Source of the DNA: Vulcanimicrobiota bacterium
GTDB lineage: Bacteria; Vulcanimicrobiota; Vulcanimicrobiia; Vulcanimicrobiales; Vulcanimicrobiaceae
Direction of reading: 5' to 3'
DNA length: 50,458 bases
Assembly (NCBI GenBank): GCA_003135555.1
Contig: PLCF01000009.1
Location: forward strand, 1 to 50,458
Position numbers and translations under genes: made by a program. This document shows positions 35,935 through 44,007 of this stretch, piece after piece. A model generated the notes under the pieces. That model worked only from the letters and a program-made list of their open reading frames with translations. It did not search any database and was not told where the DNA came from. Each line of letters starts with the position of its first letter. The stretch's first letter is position 1.

Positions 35935-37076
35935 ACGCGCGACGCCCGGCGCAGCAGCGACGCGCCGATCACGGTGAAGAGCAGATTCGACGCCCAGGCG
36001 GCCGGGCCGGCGAGCCACGTCGCGGCGCTGCCGACGCTCAGGAAGATCGTCGAGATCACGTAGTAGACGAACACGATCGCGACGGCCAGGCCAAACCCCA
36101 GGCCGGTGCCGCCGCCGCGCACCGGACGCAGCCCGAAGGGCACCGCGATGAGCGTGAAGACGAACGCGGCGAACGGCCGCGCCAGCTTCGACGCGTAGGT
36201 CGCGGTGAACGAGCGCTGCTGCTGCGGCGCCAGTTGACCCGAGTCCAGCCGCGACTTGATCTCGGCGCGCGAGAGCTGCTCGGGGTCGGTGATCTGCAAG
36301 GACTGCTTGGCGATCTGATTGGGGCGCTCGCCGATGTCGACGATCATCTGCGGAGCGGTCTGCGTCAGCACCGTGCCGTCGGCTTGAAAGTCGTACGTCT
36401 TCGAGTTCTCGAAGGTCCACGTCGGCGCGACGTAGCGCGCGCGGTCGGCGACGATGAGGTCGATCGGTTTTTGCTTGGCATCGTAGCGTATCACCGTCAC
36501 GTTGAGCAACGTCTGCGTCGCGAGGTCGAGCCCGGCCGCGATCGTGACCTGCTTCCCGCCGCCCGGGAGCGGCGTCACCGCCTGCAGGCTCGACGACGCC
36601 GGCGACCCGTGCTCAATCGCCTGTTGCTTCACGTACGCGGCCTTGTCGTTCGCGAACGGAACGAAAAGCTCTTGCACGGCCAGCGCCAACAGCGAGACGA
36701 CGAATCCGACGATGAGCAGCGGCGCGACGATGCGCGACAGCGAGATGCCGCCCGCCTTCATCGCGGTGATCTCGCTTTCGCTGGACAGCCGTTGCATCGC
36801 GAGCAAGGTGCCCAGCAGCATCGCCATCGGGATCACCAGCAACAGGTACGCCGGCATGTCCCACAGGAAATATTCGACCGCAGCCCACAGCGGCGCGTGT
36901 TCTTCGGAGACGAGCCGGCCGATCGCCAGGATCTGCGTCGCGACGAAGATCAGCGTGAAGGCCGACAGGCCGAAGAGCGACGGCCCGCCCAGCTCGGCGA
37001 TGAGATAGCGGTCCAGAATCGTCGGTCGCCACGGCGCGCGCGGTGCGGTGTGTCCGAGGCGCTCGGCGCGGGTCAC
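35931..37076 (-). CDS. LptF/LptG family LPS export permease
   Basis: ILDRYLIAEL, RLSSESEITAMKAGGISL, periplasmic beta-jellyroll, KLARPFA, AAWASNLLF. Confidence 0.92.
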   Translation of the reverse strand: MTRAERLGHTAPRAPWRPTILDRYLIAELGGPSLFGLSAFTLIFVATQILAIGRLVSEEHAPLWAAVEYFLWDMPAYLLLVIPMAMLLGTLLAMQRLSSESEITAMKAGGISLSRIVAPLLIVGFVVSLLALAVQELFVPFANDKAAYVKQQAIEHGSPASSSLQAVTPLPGGGKQVTIAAGLDLATQTLLNVTVIRYDAKQKPIDLIVADRARYVAPTWTFENSKTYDFQADGTVLTQTAPQMIVDIGERPNQIAKQSLQITDPEQLSRAEIKSRLDSGQLAPQQQRSFTATYASKLARPFAAFVFTLIAVPFGLRPVRGGGTGLGFGLAVAIVFVYYVISTIFLSVGSAATWLAGPAAWASNLLFTVIGASLLRRASRV

Positions 37077-37816
37077 AGGCGGAAGCTCTCCCCAAGGTAG
37101 AATTTGCGCGCCACCGGCGAGTCGAGCACGTCCTGGGCCGTACCGCTGACCTCGATCTTGCCGTCGTTGAGGATGTAGGCGCGGTCGACGATGGCCAGCG
37201 TCTCCCGCACTTGGTGATCGGTGATCAGGATACCGAGGCCGCGGTCGCGCAACTGCCGGATCATCGCCTGGATGTCGGCAACGGCGATCGGGTCGATCCC
37301 GGTGAAGGGCTCGTCGAGCAGCAGGAACGCCGGTTCGGTCGCGATCGCGCGCGCGATCTCGACGCGCCGCCGCTCACCGCCGGAGAGTGAGTCGCCGCGC
37401 TGGTCGACGAACTGCGACAGCCCGAACTCCGCGAGCAGCTCGGGGAGGCGGCGCTCGCGCTCGGCGTTGGGGATCCCGTTCATCTCCCAGATCAAACGCA
37501 GGTTGTCGCCGACAGAGAGTTTGCGGAAGATCGAGTTCTCCTGCGCCAGATACCCGATCCCGGCCCGGGCCCGTTCGTGCATCGGCGCGCCGGTGATCTC
37601 GCGCACGGCGCCGTCACGTTCGAGGACGACCGTTCCGCCGTCGGGCCGGATCAACCCAACCACCATGTAAAACGTCGTGGTCTTGCCGGCGCCGTTGGGT
37701 CCGAGCAGACCCACCACCTCACCGCGCCGAACCTCCGCGGTGACGCCCTTGACGACGGTGCGCGGGCCGTACGTTTTGACGAGGTCGCGCAGAACGATGC
37801 GGTCGCCGCCGGTCAC
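37073..37816 (-). CDS. lptB: LPS export ABC ATPase LptB
   Basis: GLLGPNGAGKTTTFYM, GIGYLAQENSIFRKL, LSGGERRRVEIARA, LLDEPFTGIDP, LITDH, YLGESFRL. Confidence 0.96.
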   Translation of the reverse strand: MTGGDRIVLRDLVKTYGPRTVVKGVTAEVRRGEVVGLLGPNGAGKTTTFYMVVGLIRPDGGTVVLERDGAVREITGAPMHERARAGIGYLAQENSIFRKLSVGDNLRLIWEMNGIPNAERERRLPELLAEFGLSQFVDQRGDSLSGGERRRVEIARAIATEPAFLLLDEPFTGIDPIAVADIQAMIRQLRDRGLGILITDHQVRETLAIVDRAYILNDGKIEVSGTAQDVLDSPVARKFYLGESFRL

Positions 37817-38394
37817 TTGCGGCCCCGCGTGATCTTCACGTCCTGCAGCTTGACGTCACCGTCGATGTCGTCGCCGGCCATGTCGACGCCGTTGGGCGCG
37901 TGCAGCTGAACGTTGCCCGCGCCGTGCAGCCGCTCGGTGTTCGCGTCGTAGCGCAGCGTGTCGCACGTCAGCAGGATCCCCGCGCTGGTTCGCGCGTGCA
38001 CTCCACCGGTCATCACCACGCTCTTGTCCCGTTCGCTGCTGTGCGCCTTCGGGGCGTCGGCGATGGTCTTGGCGCCGGTCTTGTCGATGAAGGTGACGTG
38101 GGGCTGCTCGAGGTCGCCGGTCGCTTCGCTCGTGCCGCTGCGCTGCATCTCGCCGGAGAGCGCTCGGATCGTGTACACCTTGCGGCGATGGCTCGTCTCC
38201 ACGATGGTGACGTACTCGCCGTTGCGACTGTGCGTTTCGACGTGGATCGGGATCGGGGAGGCGCTCGGTGATGCGGCGCTCGACGCAGCCGGCGCAGCGG
38301 GTGCCGGGCTCGAAGCCGGGCCGGCCGCCGGTTGCCGCCCGCAGGCGGTCGCGCACACCAGTGCCAGGCCGAGCGCGGCCCTAACGAAGCGCAT
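37813..38394 (-). CDS. lptC: LptC-like beta-jellyroll protein with lipoprotein-type signal
   Basis: LALVCATAC signal; VVMTGGVHA..LTCDTLRYDANTERL jellyroll pattern; directly upstream of lptB. Confidence 0.7.
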   Translation of the reverse strand: MRFVRAALGLALVCATACGRQPAAGPASSPAPAAPAASSAASPSASPIPIHVETHSRNGEYVTIVETSHRRKVYTIRALSGEMQRSGTSEATGDLEQPHVTFIDKTGAKTIADAPKAHSSERDKSVVMTGGVHARTSAGILLTCDTLRYDANTERLHGAGNVQLHAPNGVDMAGDDIDGDVKLQDVKITRGRK

Positions 38395-39571
38395 TGGTTC
38401 GTATTACGGCGAGCGCAAGTGGAACGACCTGGAGGCCCAGCGGGAAGAACAGGTTGAGCGTGTTGATCCCGACGTCGATGAACAACGCGAGCAGCGCCGC
38501 CGCCAGCCCGAAGCCCAGTGTACGCGCGGTGCCCGCGGCGCCGCGAGCGCTGCGCAGCACCGTGACCACGACGATCGTGAACGAGGCGAACAGGGTCACG
38601 AGCGCTACGCTACCGCCTTCGGCTGCGAAGGCTATCGGAAGCGAGTGCGGATCGAAGGCGACCGCCGTGCGCGTGCCGGGTGCGTCCGGCGGCCGCAGCG
38701 CGTCGTAGGTGTGGGGGAAGGCGAACGGGCCCACGCCCAGCAGCGGGAAACGCTCGAAGGTCGACAGTCCGGTCTGCCAGGCCACGGCGCGGGCACGGGC
38801 GTCGCGCGGGTTGTGATGCGCCGCGCCGGCAGCCGCGTCGAGGGCGATTCCGGCCACGGCCGCCACCACGGCCGCCACCAGGAGGGCCCGTGCCCGGGCG
38901 GCCAGCCCGTAGGCCGCTACCCCGCAGACCGCCGAGAACGCGCCCCAGCGCGAGAAGGTCGCCGCCAGCGTGACCACCAGGATCGCTGCGCTGACCGTCG
39001 CCAGCCGGTCGCGGCCGCGCGAGACGAGCGCGAGCGGGACGGCGACGCCCAGCGCGACGATGGCGTAGGCGGCCAACTCGTTGGGGTTGAGGAACGTCCC
39101 GATCGCCCGACCCGCATTGAATGCGTACAACGCGACCGGGCGCTGCGAAACGACCATCGCCAGTGCCAGCACCGACGCGCCCAACGCCGACCACAAGAAG
39201 CTGCGGATGCACAGGCGGGTGGTGGCGGCGTCGGCGACGCGCGCCAGCGTCAGTCCGGCCGCGCCGAGCCCGGTCACCATGACGCCGAGCCCGATGCCCA
39301 GCAGCGGATCGAACCCGGGGATGGCGGCCAGGATCGTCGCCGCCCCGGGTGCCAGGAACGCAACGGTCAGCCAGTCCCGCCGGAGCGCTCCGCGCGCCGC
39401 CGGCACGACCGCGAGCACGGCTGCGAGCCCGACCAGGCCGATCGCAGCCGCCACGGAGCGCGGGACCAGCGGCGGGATCCCGGGGCTCGCCGGCGCGAAC
39501 CCGCCGAACGTGCCGTAGAGCGGGATGATCGCGAACAAGACCACCAGCCCGGACGCCGAGATCCGGTTCAT
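38381..39571 (-). CDS. O-antigen ligase (WaaL/Wzy_C) family membrane protein
   Basis: RAIGTFLNPNELA, TFSRWG, R..AWQTG..FPLLGVG, PHS..AEGG. Confidence 0.85.
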   Translation of the reverse strand: MNRISASGLVVLFAIIPLYGTFGGFAPASPGIPPLVPRSVAAAIGLVGLAAVLAVVPAARGALRRDWLTVAFLAPGAATILAAIPGFDPLLGIGLGVMVTGLGAAGLTLARVADAATTRLCIRSFLWSALGASVLALAMVVSQRPVALYAFNAGRAIGTFLNPNELAAYAIVALGVAVPLALVSRGRDRLATVSAAILVVTLAATFSRWGAFSAVCGVAAYGLAARARALLVAAVVAAVAGIALDAAAGAAHHNPRDARARAVAWQTGLSTFERFPLLGVGPFAFPHTYDALRPPDAPGTRTAVAFDPHSLPIAFAAEGGSVALVTLFASFTIVVVTVLRSARGAAGTARTLGFGLAAALLALFIDVGINTLNLFFPLGLQVVPLALAVIRTNALR

Positions 39572-40656
39572 GCGGCGCCCGCCAAGTCGACGACGGCCTG
39601 GGCGATCGCGCGGGCTCCGCCCGGGCCGCCCATGCGCTCGCGTCCGACGGCGCTCATCAGCTCGCGCCGCGCGGCGTCGCGCAGCAGCGCGGCGACGGCG
39701 TCGGCCGCGGGTTCCGGGTCACCCGGAACGAGCGTGAGCGCTTCGCCCAACAACCCCATCTGCCGCTTGCGGTACCAGGCGTCGCGCGGGGCGTCCTCGA
39801 GCTCGAGCGCCACCACCGGGATCCCTTGTGCCGCGGCGGCCTCGTTCGCGGTGCCGCTTTGGCCCAGCGCCAGCGTCGCCCCATGCAGCACGCCGCCGAG
39901 CGGGCCGTGCCACGCGCGCAGGTCGCCCAGCTCGAGCGCCGGCGCAAAGCGCCGCTCGTCGAGATTCGGCGCGACCGAGAGCACCGCGTCGAGCGCACCG
40001 GCGCGTTCTCGCAGCGCGACGACGACCGCGGCGATGCGCAGCGCGTCGGCGTAGGCCCGTTCGCGCGAGCCCGGCAGGATCGCGAGCCGCAGCGGCGTTT
40101 GCCACTCGACGCGCGTCTGGGTCGCCAGCAGATCCACGATGACGTTGCCGGGAGCCTCCGCCGCGAGACCGTGCGCGCGCAGCTCGCTTGCCGTCGCGGC
40201 GTCGCGCACGAAGATGCGCGCGGCGCCGCGCAGGATGCGCCGTTCGCCCGCGCCGTACGGCGCGACGTACACGCTCTTCGCGGTTCCGACGTACGCCAGC
40301 GGGGCGCGCGCCAAGCGCGCGAGCGCGCACGCGTAGGCGTCGCCGACCGCGATCACCGCCGCGTAGCGTCCGCGCGCAGCGCGCAGAAACGCGATTTGGC
40401 GCGCGAACAAGCCGGCCAACCCGGCGCCGAGATCGCGCGCCAGGGCGCGCACGTTGCCCATCGCGACCAAGCCGCCCGACGGCATCGCCTGTTGCGGGCC
40501 GACATCGACGAACTCACCGCCGCCGAGCCGCTCGCCGACGAGCGCCAGGTGTTCGGTGCGCAGCGGCGCGAGCGCTCGCGCTTCCACGGCGATCCGGGCG
40601 GCGATCGCGGCTTCACCGTGACCGTTGGAGACGAAGAGGATCGCGGCGTGCGTCAC
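39568..40656 (-). CDS. Lipid-A-disaccharide-synthase-related GT-B glycosyltransferase (TIGR03492-like)
   Basis: LFVSNGHGE, MPSGG, AVGD, GTAKS, FVRD, GN, ILPGSR, SGTANE, RMGGPGGARAIA; GTGA overlap. Confidence 0.8.
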   Translation of the reverse strand: MTHAAILFVSNGHGEAAIAARIAVEARALAPLRTEHLALVGERLGGGEFVDVGPQQAMPSGGLVAMGNVRALARDLGAGLAGLFARQIAFLRAARGRYAAVIAVGDAYACALARLARAPLAYVGTAKSVYVAPYGAGERRILRGAARIFVRDAATASELRAHGLAAEAPGNVIVDLLATQTRVEWQTPLRLAILPGSRERAYADALRIAAVVVALRERAGALDAVLSVAPNLDERRFAPALELGDLRAWHGPLGGVLHGATLALGQSGTANEAAAAQGIPVVALELEDAPRDAWYRKRQMGLLGEALTLVPGDPEPAADAVAALLRDAARRELMSAVGRERMGGPGGARAIAQAVVDLAGAA

Positions 40657-41378
40657 CGCAGCGGTTCCAACGCAAAATCGGTGATCCGCGCACGGCCGGT
40701 CGCGTCGCGGACGAGCTCCGAGCGCGAGGCGAAGGCGCCGTACGGACCGGCGTGCACGATCGGCACCTCGCCGACGTACTGGGGCTCGGGCAACGTGTCG
40801 TGGCTGTGGCCGCCCAGGATGAGGTCGAGCCGCGGCACCCGCGCGGCCAGCAACCGATCGTGGCGCAGACCGAGGTGTGACAGCGCGATCAGCGTCGTAT
40901 CCGCGGGCGTCGTCGCAGCGATGCGCTCGGCGACGCCGATCGGGTCGAGGAAGCGCCATCCGAAGAGCTTCTCCCAGGGCGAACCGGTCGGATATTGCAC
41001 CACGAGCAAGCCGAAGAAGCGCACCGCCGCGCCGCCGTCACCGCAACCCCGCACCAGGTCGGGTTCGAACGGCAGCTTGCGACCGCGCGTGTCGACCAGG
41101 TTCGCGCACAGCAGCGGGTGGTTCATCTGCGCCGCCCGCGCGCGAACCGCGCCGAACACGTAGTGGAACTCGCGATTTCCCATCGCTTGCACGTCGACGC
41201 CGGCTGCGTCGAGCTCGGCGATGATCGGTTCGCGGCGGTGATAGATGGTCTGCGAGCCGCGCAAGCTGTCGCCGCAATCGACGTACAGCCCGGGCTTGGC
41301 GGCGCGCAAGGCGGCGATCGGCGCGGCGATGTGCCGCCGATCGTGCACGTCGCTCGTATGATAGATGCGCAGCTTCAA
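40653..41378 (-). CDS. Cytoplasmic calcineurin-like metallophosphoesterase (5'-nucleotidase N-terminal domain only); candidate UDP-2,3-diacylglucosamine hydrolase
   Basis: HTSDVH, DCGD, GNREFH, LLCANL, LSHLG, ILGGHSH; no signal peptide and no C-terminal nucleotidase domain. Confidence 0.85.
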   Translation of the reverse strand: MKLRIYHTSDVHDRRHIAAPIAALRAAKPGLYVDCGDSLRGSQTIYHRREPIIAELDAAGVDVQAMGNREFHYVFGAVRARAAQMNHPLLCANLVDTRGRKLPFEPDLVRGCGDGGAAVRFFGLLVVQYPTGSPWEKLFGWRFLDPIGVAERIAATTPADTTLIALSHLGLRHDRLLAARVPRLDLILGGHSHDTLPEPQYVGEVPIVHAGPYGAFASRSELVRDATGRARITDFALEPLR

Positions 41379-41382
41379 GTTG

Positions 41383-41508
41383 AAAGGCGCTTGTTCAACG
41401 GCGCTCCGCCCCGGGCTGCGCGCCCCCCACGCCTGCGGCGCGGGGCCCCCCGGTCGAGCGCGCGCTCATGATTTCGGCCGCGCGAGATTCCCCGAGGGCG
41501 CGCGCAAC
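41383..41508 (-). repeat. Structured repeat family 1, copy 2 (overlaps the lpxB 3' end)
   Basis: Aligned by eye with copies at 15060 and 42626. Confidence 0.85.
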
Positions 41509-42621
41509 AGCCGGGTTGCTTTCGGCGACCGTTTTGAGAACCCAGTCGGCGTTGCGCTGGAGTGCGTCGGGCGGGCCCAGCGCTTCGCGGACGCGCGCGT
41601 ACCCGGCGCTCTGCCGCAGCGGGTCGTCCAACAGCGTCAGCATCGCATCGGCCAGCGCCGCGGGCGTCGCGGCCTCCTGCAGCAGCTCCGGCACGACGGG
41701 TTCGCCGACGACGAGATTGGGCAGCGTGATGTACTGGCCGCGATAGATGCGGCGCGCGATCTTCGCCTGCGCCGGAGCCATCACGTAGAGCGCGACCGCC
41801 GGCGTCCCGATCAGCGCCGCCTCCAGCACCGCCGTGCCCGACGCGACCGCGGCGACGTCGGCCGCGCGCAGCGCGGCGCGTGCATCGCGCACAACCTCGA
41901 GCGGCAGCGGCGAACGGAACGAGAGGAGGTGCGCGACGTGCGCGTGCGCGTCGTCGTCGGCCGCAACGAGCACCGCGCGCACGTTGGGCCGCGCTTCGCG
42001 CACGCGCGCGATCGCGTCGAGGAGCCGCGGCGTATGACGCTCGATCTCGCCGGCCCGGCTGCCCGGCAGCAGCGCGACCAGGCCGCCGTCCGCGGGCGCG
42101 GCAGGGCGCGGCTCGCGCCGCGCGATCGTCGTCACCAAGGGGTGCCCGACGTAGCCGATCGGCAGGCCTAGCGTGCGATAGAACTCCGCTTGATGCCGGA
42201 AGATCGTCAGCGCGTCGCACAGCGACGCAACGGCGCGCGCACGTTTGGGATTGTCGAGCCAGGCCGCGGGCGGCGCGTAGTAGACGACGGGCTTCGCAAA
42301 GCCCAGCAGGCGCAACGTGCGGGCGAGCCGGACGTTGAAGGCGCCGAAGTCGACCAGCACGACACAGTCCGGCGCCGTGCGCCGCAGCCGCAGCGCGGTG
42401 CGCGCCATGATCGTCCACAGCTTGGGGATCTTGCCGATCGCGTCGAGCGGACCCAAGGATGCCCAGCCGCGGTTGCGCCGCACGATCTGCACGCCGGCGT
42501 CGGCCAAACGTGCGTCGCCGATCCCTTCGGCCTCGACCGCAACGCGCTCGCGCAGCGCACCCAACAAGTCGGAAGCCAACAACTCGCCCGATGCCTCGCC
42601 AGTGCTAAAGAAGATTCTCAT
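41395..42621 (-). CDS. lpxB: Lipid-A-disaccharide synthase LpxB
   Basis: IFFSTGEASGE, LVDFGAFN, YVGHPL, ALLPGSRAGE, ASGTAVLE, LPNL..VPELLQ. Confidence 0.93.
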   Translation of the reverse strand: MRIFFSTGEASGELLASDLLGALRERVAVEAEGIGDARLADAGVQIVRRNRGWASLGPLDAIGKIPKLWTIMARTALRLRRTAPDCVVLVDFGAFNVRLARTLRLLGFAKPVVYYAPPAAWLDNPKRARAVASLCDALTIFRHQAEFYRTLGLPIGYVGHPLVTTIARREPRPAAPADGGLVALLPGSRAGEIERHTPRLLDAIARVREARPNVRAVLVAADDDAHAHVAHLLSFRSPLPLEVVRDARAALRAADVAAVASGTAVLEAALIGTPAVALYVMAPAQAKIARRIYRGQYITLPNLVVGEPVVPELLQEAATPAALADAMLTLLDDPLRQSAGYARVREALGPPDALQRNADWVLKTVAESNPAVARALGESRAAEIMSARSTGGPRAAGVGGAQPGAERR

Positions 42622-42625
42622 GTCT

Positions 42626-42741
42626 AAAGGCGCTCCGCCCCTGGCTGCGCGCCCCCCACGCCTATGGCGTGGGGCCCCCAGACCGTCGAGCCCGGCGACA
42701 TTTCGGTACGATCCGGATTCCCCGAGGGGGCTCGTAACAAC
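42626..42741 (-). repeat. Structured repeat family 1, copy 3 (lpxA-lpxB gap)
   Basis: Aligned by eye with copies at 15060 and 41383. Confidence 0.85.
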
Positions 42742-42748
42742 ATGATCT

Positions 42749-43522
42749 CTACTTGAGTATTCCGCGTTCGGAATCGGCTTCGAGAAAGGCGAGCAGCGTG
42801 CGGCCTTCGTTGGTGTTGACTGAGTCACGTAGTGCGGCGATCGCTTGCGACACGTTCTTGTCGGATTGATAGATCGTCTTGTACGCCTCCTTGAGCTCGA
42901 TGAGCGCTTCGCGCGAGAACCCGGCGCGGCGCAAGCCGACCGCGTTGAGCCCGTAGACCTCGGGCGGATTGCCGTCGCACAGAAAGTAAGGCGGGAGATC
43001 CCGCCCCAGTTTGCTATAGCCGCCGACGAACGAGTAGCGGCCGATGCGCACGAACTGATGGATCCCCGCCATCGCTCCGATCAAGGCATGGTCTTCGACC
43101 ACGACGTGCCCCGCCAATTGCGCGAGGTTCGACATGGTCACGTTGTTGCCGACGCGGCAGTTGTGCGCGACGTGGCCGTACGCCAGGATGAGGCAATCGT
43201 CACCGACCGACGTCTCGGCGCCGGCCTCAGCGGTGCCGCGATGAATCGACACGTACTCGCGGATCACCGTGCGCGCGCCGATTTTCGTGTATGCCACCTC
43301 GCCGAGCTCGGCTTTGCGGTCTTGCGACGGCGCGCCGATCGAGGCGAACGGATGGATGACGGTCTCGTCGCCGATCGTGGTGCGGCCGGTCACCACAACG
43401 TGCGCGAGCAGCTTTGCGCGGGCGCCGATCGTGACGTGCTCGCCCACGACGCAGTACGGGCCGATGTCGACGCTCTTGGCGATCTTGGCGTTGGGGTGCA
43501 CGACCGCGCTGGGATGGATCAC
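42749..43522 (-). CDS. lpxA: UDP-N-acetylglucosamine acyltransferase LpxA
   Basis: Hexapeptide repeats, QDRK, IREYVSIHRGT, HVAHNC, LAGHV, HQFVRIG, GLNAVGLRRAGF. Confidence 0.96.
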   Translation of the reverse strand: MIHPSAVVHPNAKIAKSVDIGPYCVVGEHVTIGARAKLLAHVVVTGRTTIGDETVIHPFASIGAPSQDRKAELGEVAYTKIGARTVIREYVSIHRGTAEAGAETSVGDDCLILAYGHVAHNCRVGNNVTMSNLAQLAGHVVVEDHALIGAMAGIHQFVRIGRYSFVGGYSKLGRDLPPYFLCDGNPPEVYGLNAVGLRRAGFSREALIELKEAYKTIYQSDKNVSQAIAALRDSVNTNEGRTLLAFLEADSERGILK

Positions 43523-43992
43523 GTGTGCAGCACCGTCGCGTCGTCAGCGAACGCCGAGGGATCGGTGGTGACCGAGAAGGTCAGCTCCGCGCTGACGACC
43601 GGCTTGCCGTCGACGCTGGCCTCGACCGCGACCCAGCCGATGTTGAGCTTGTGGCGCAGCACGCGCGCCTCCATGTCGAGCCGGTCGCCGGGGACGACCG
43701 GGCGGCGGAACTTCGCCTTGTCGATACCGGCCAGATACGGGACCTTGCGCGCCATCTCGCCGGCTTCGATGATCGCCGTGCCGCCCAGCTGCGCGAGCGC
43801 CTCGATCATGTACACTCCGGGCAGCAACGGGTTCCCGGGAAAATGGCCCATCAGCATCGGCTCGTTGGCGGAGACGTTCTTGTAGCCGCGCGCGAGCACC
43901 ATCGGCTCGAGCTCGGTGATACGGTCGATCAGCAGCATCGGGTAGCGGTGCGGCAAGATCTTCATGATCTCGCGCACGTCGAGAATCGGCAC
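43519..43992 (-). CDS. fabZ: 3-hydroxyacyl-ACP dehydratase FabZ
   Basis: LPHRYPMLLIDR, GHFPGNPLLPGVYMIEALAQ, KFRRPVVPGD. Confidence 0.97.
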   Translation of the reverse strand: MPILDVREIMKILPHRYPMLLIDRITELEPMVLARGYKNVSANEPMLMGHFPGNPLLPGVYMIEALAQLGGTAIIEAGEMARKVPYLAGIDKAKFRRPVVPGDRLDMEARVLRHKLNIGWVAVEASVDGKPVVSAELTFSVTTDPSAFADDATVLHT

Positions 43993-44007
43993 GCGCTCAG
44001 ATGTCCT

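Noticed and set aside
37958..40054. Long plus-strand ORF (698 aa) and similar antisense or alternate-frame ORFs (e.g. 4922-6460, 24209-25915, 27863-29401, 18535-19779)
   Set aside because: They lie over well-supported genes, are Arg/Ala/Gly-rich with no motifs, and are expected from stop-codon scarcity at this GC content.
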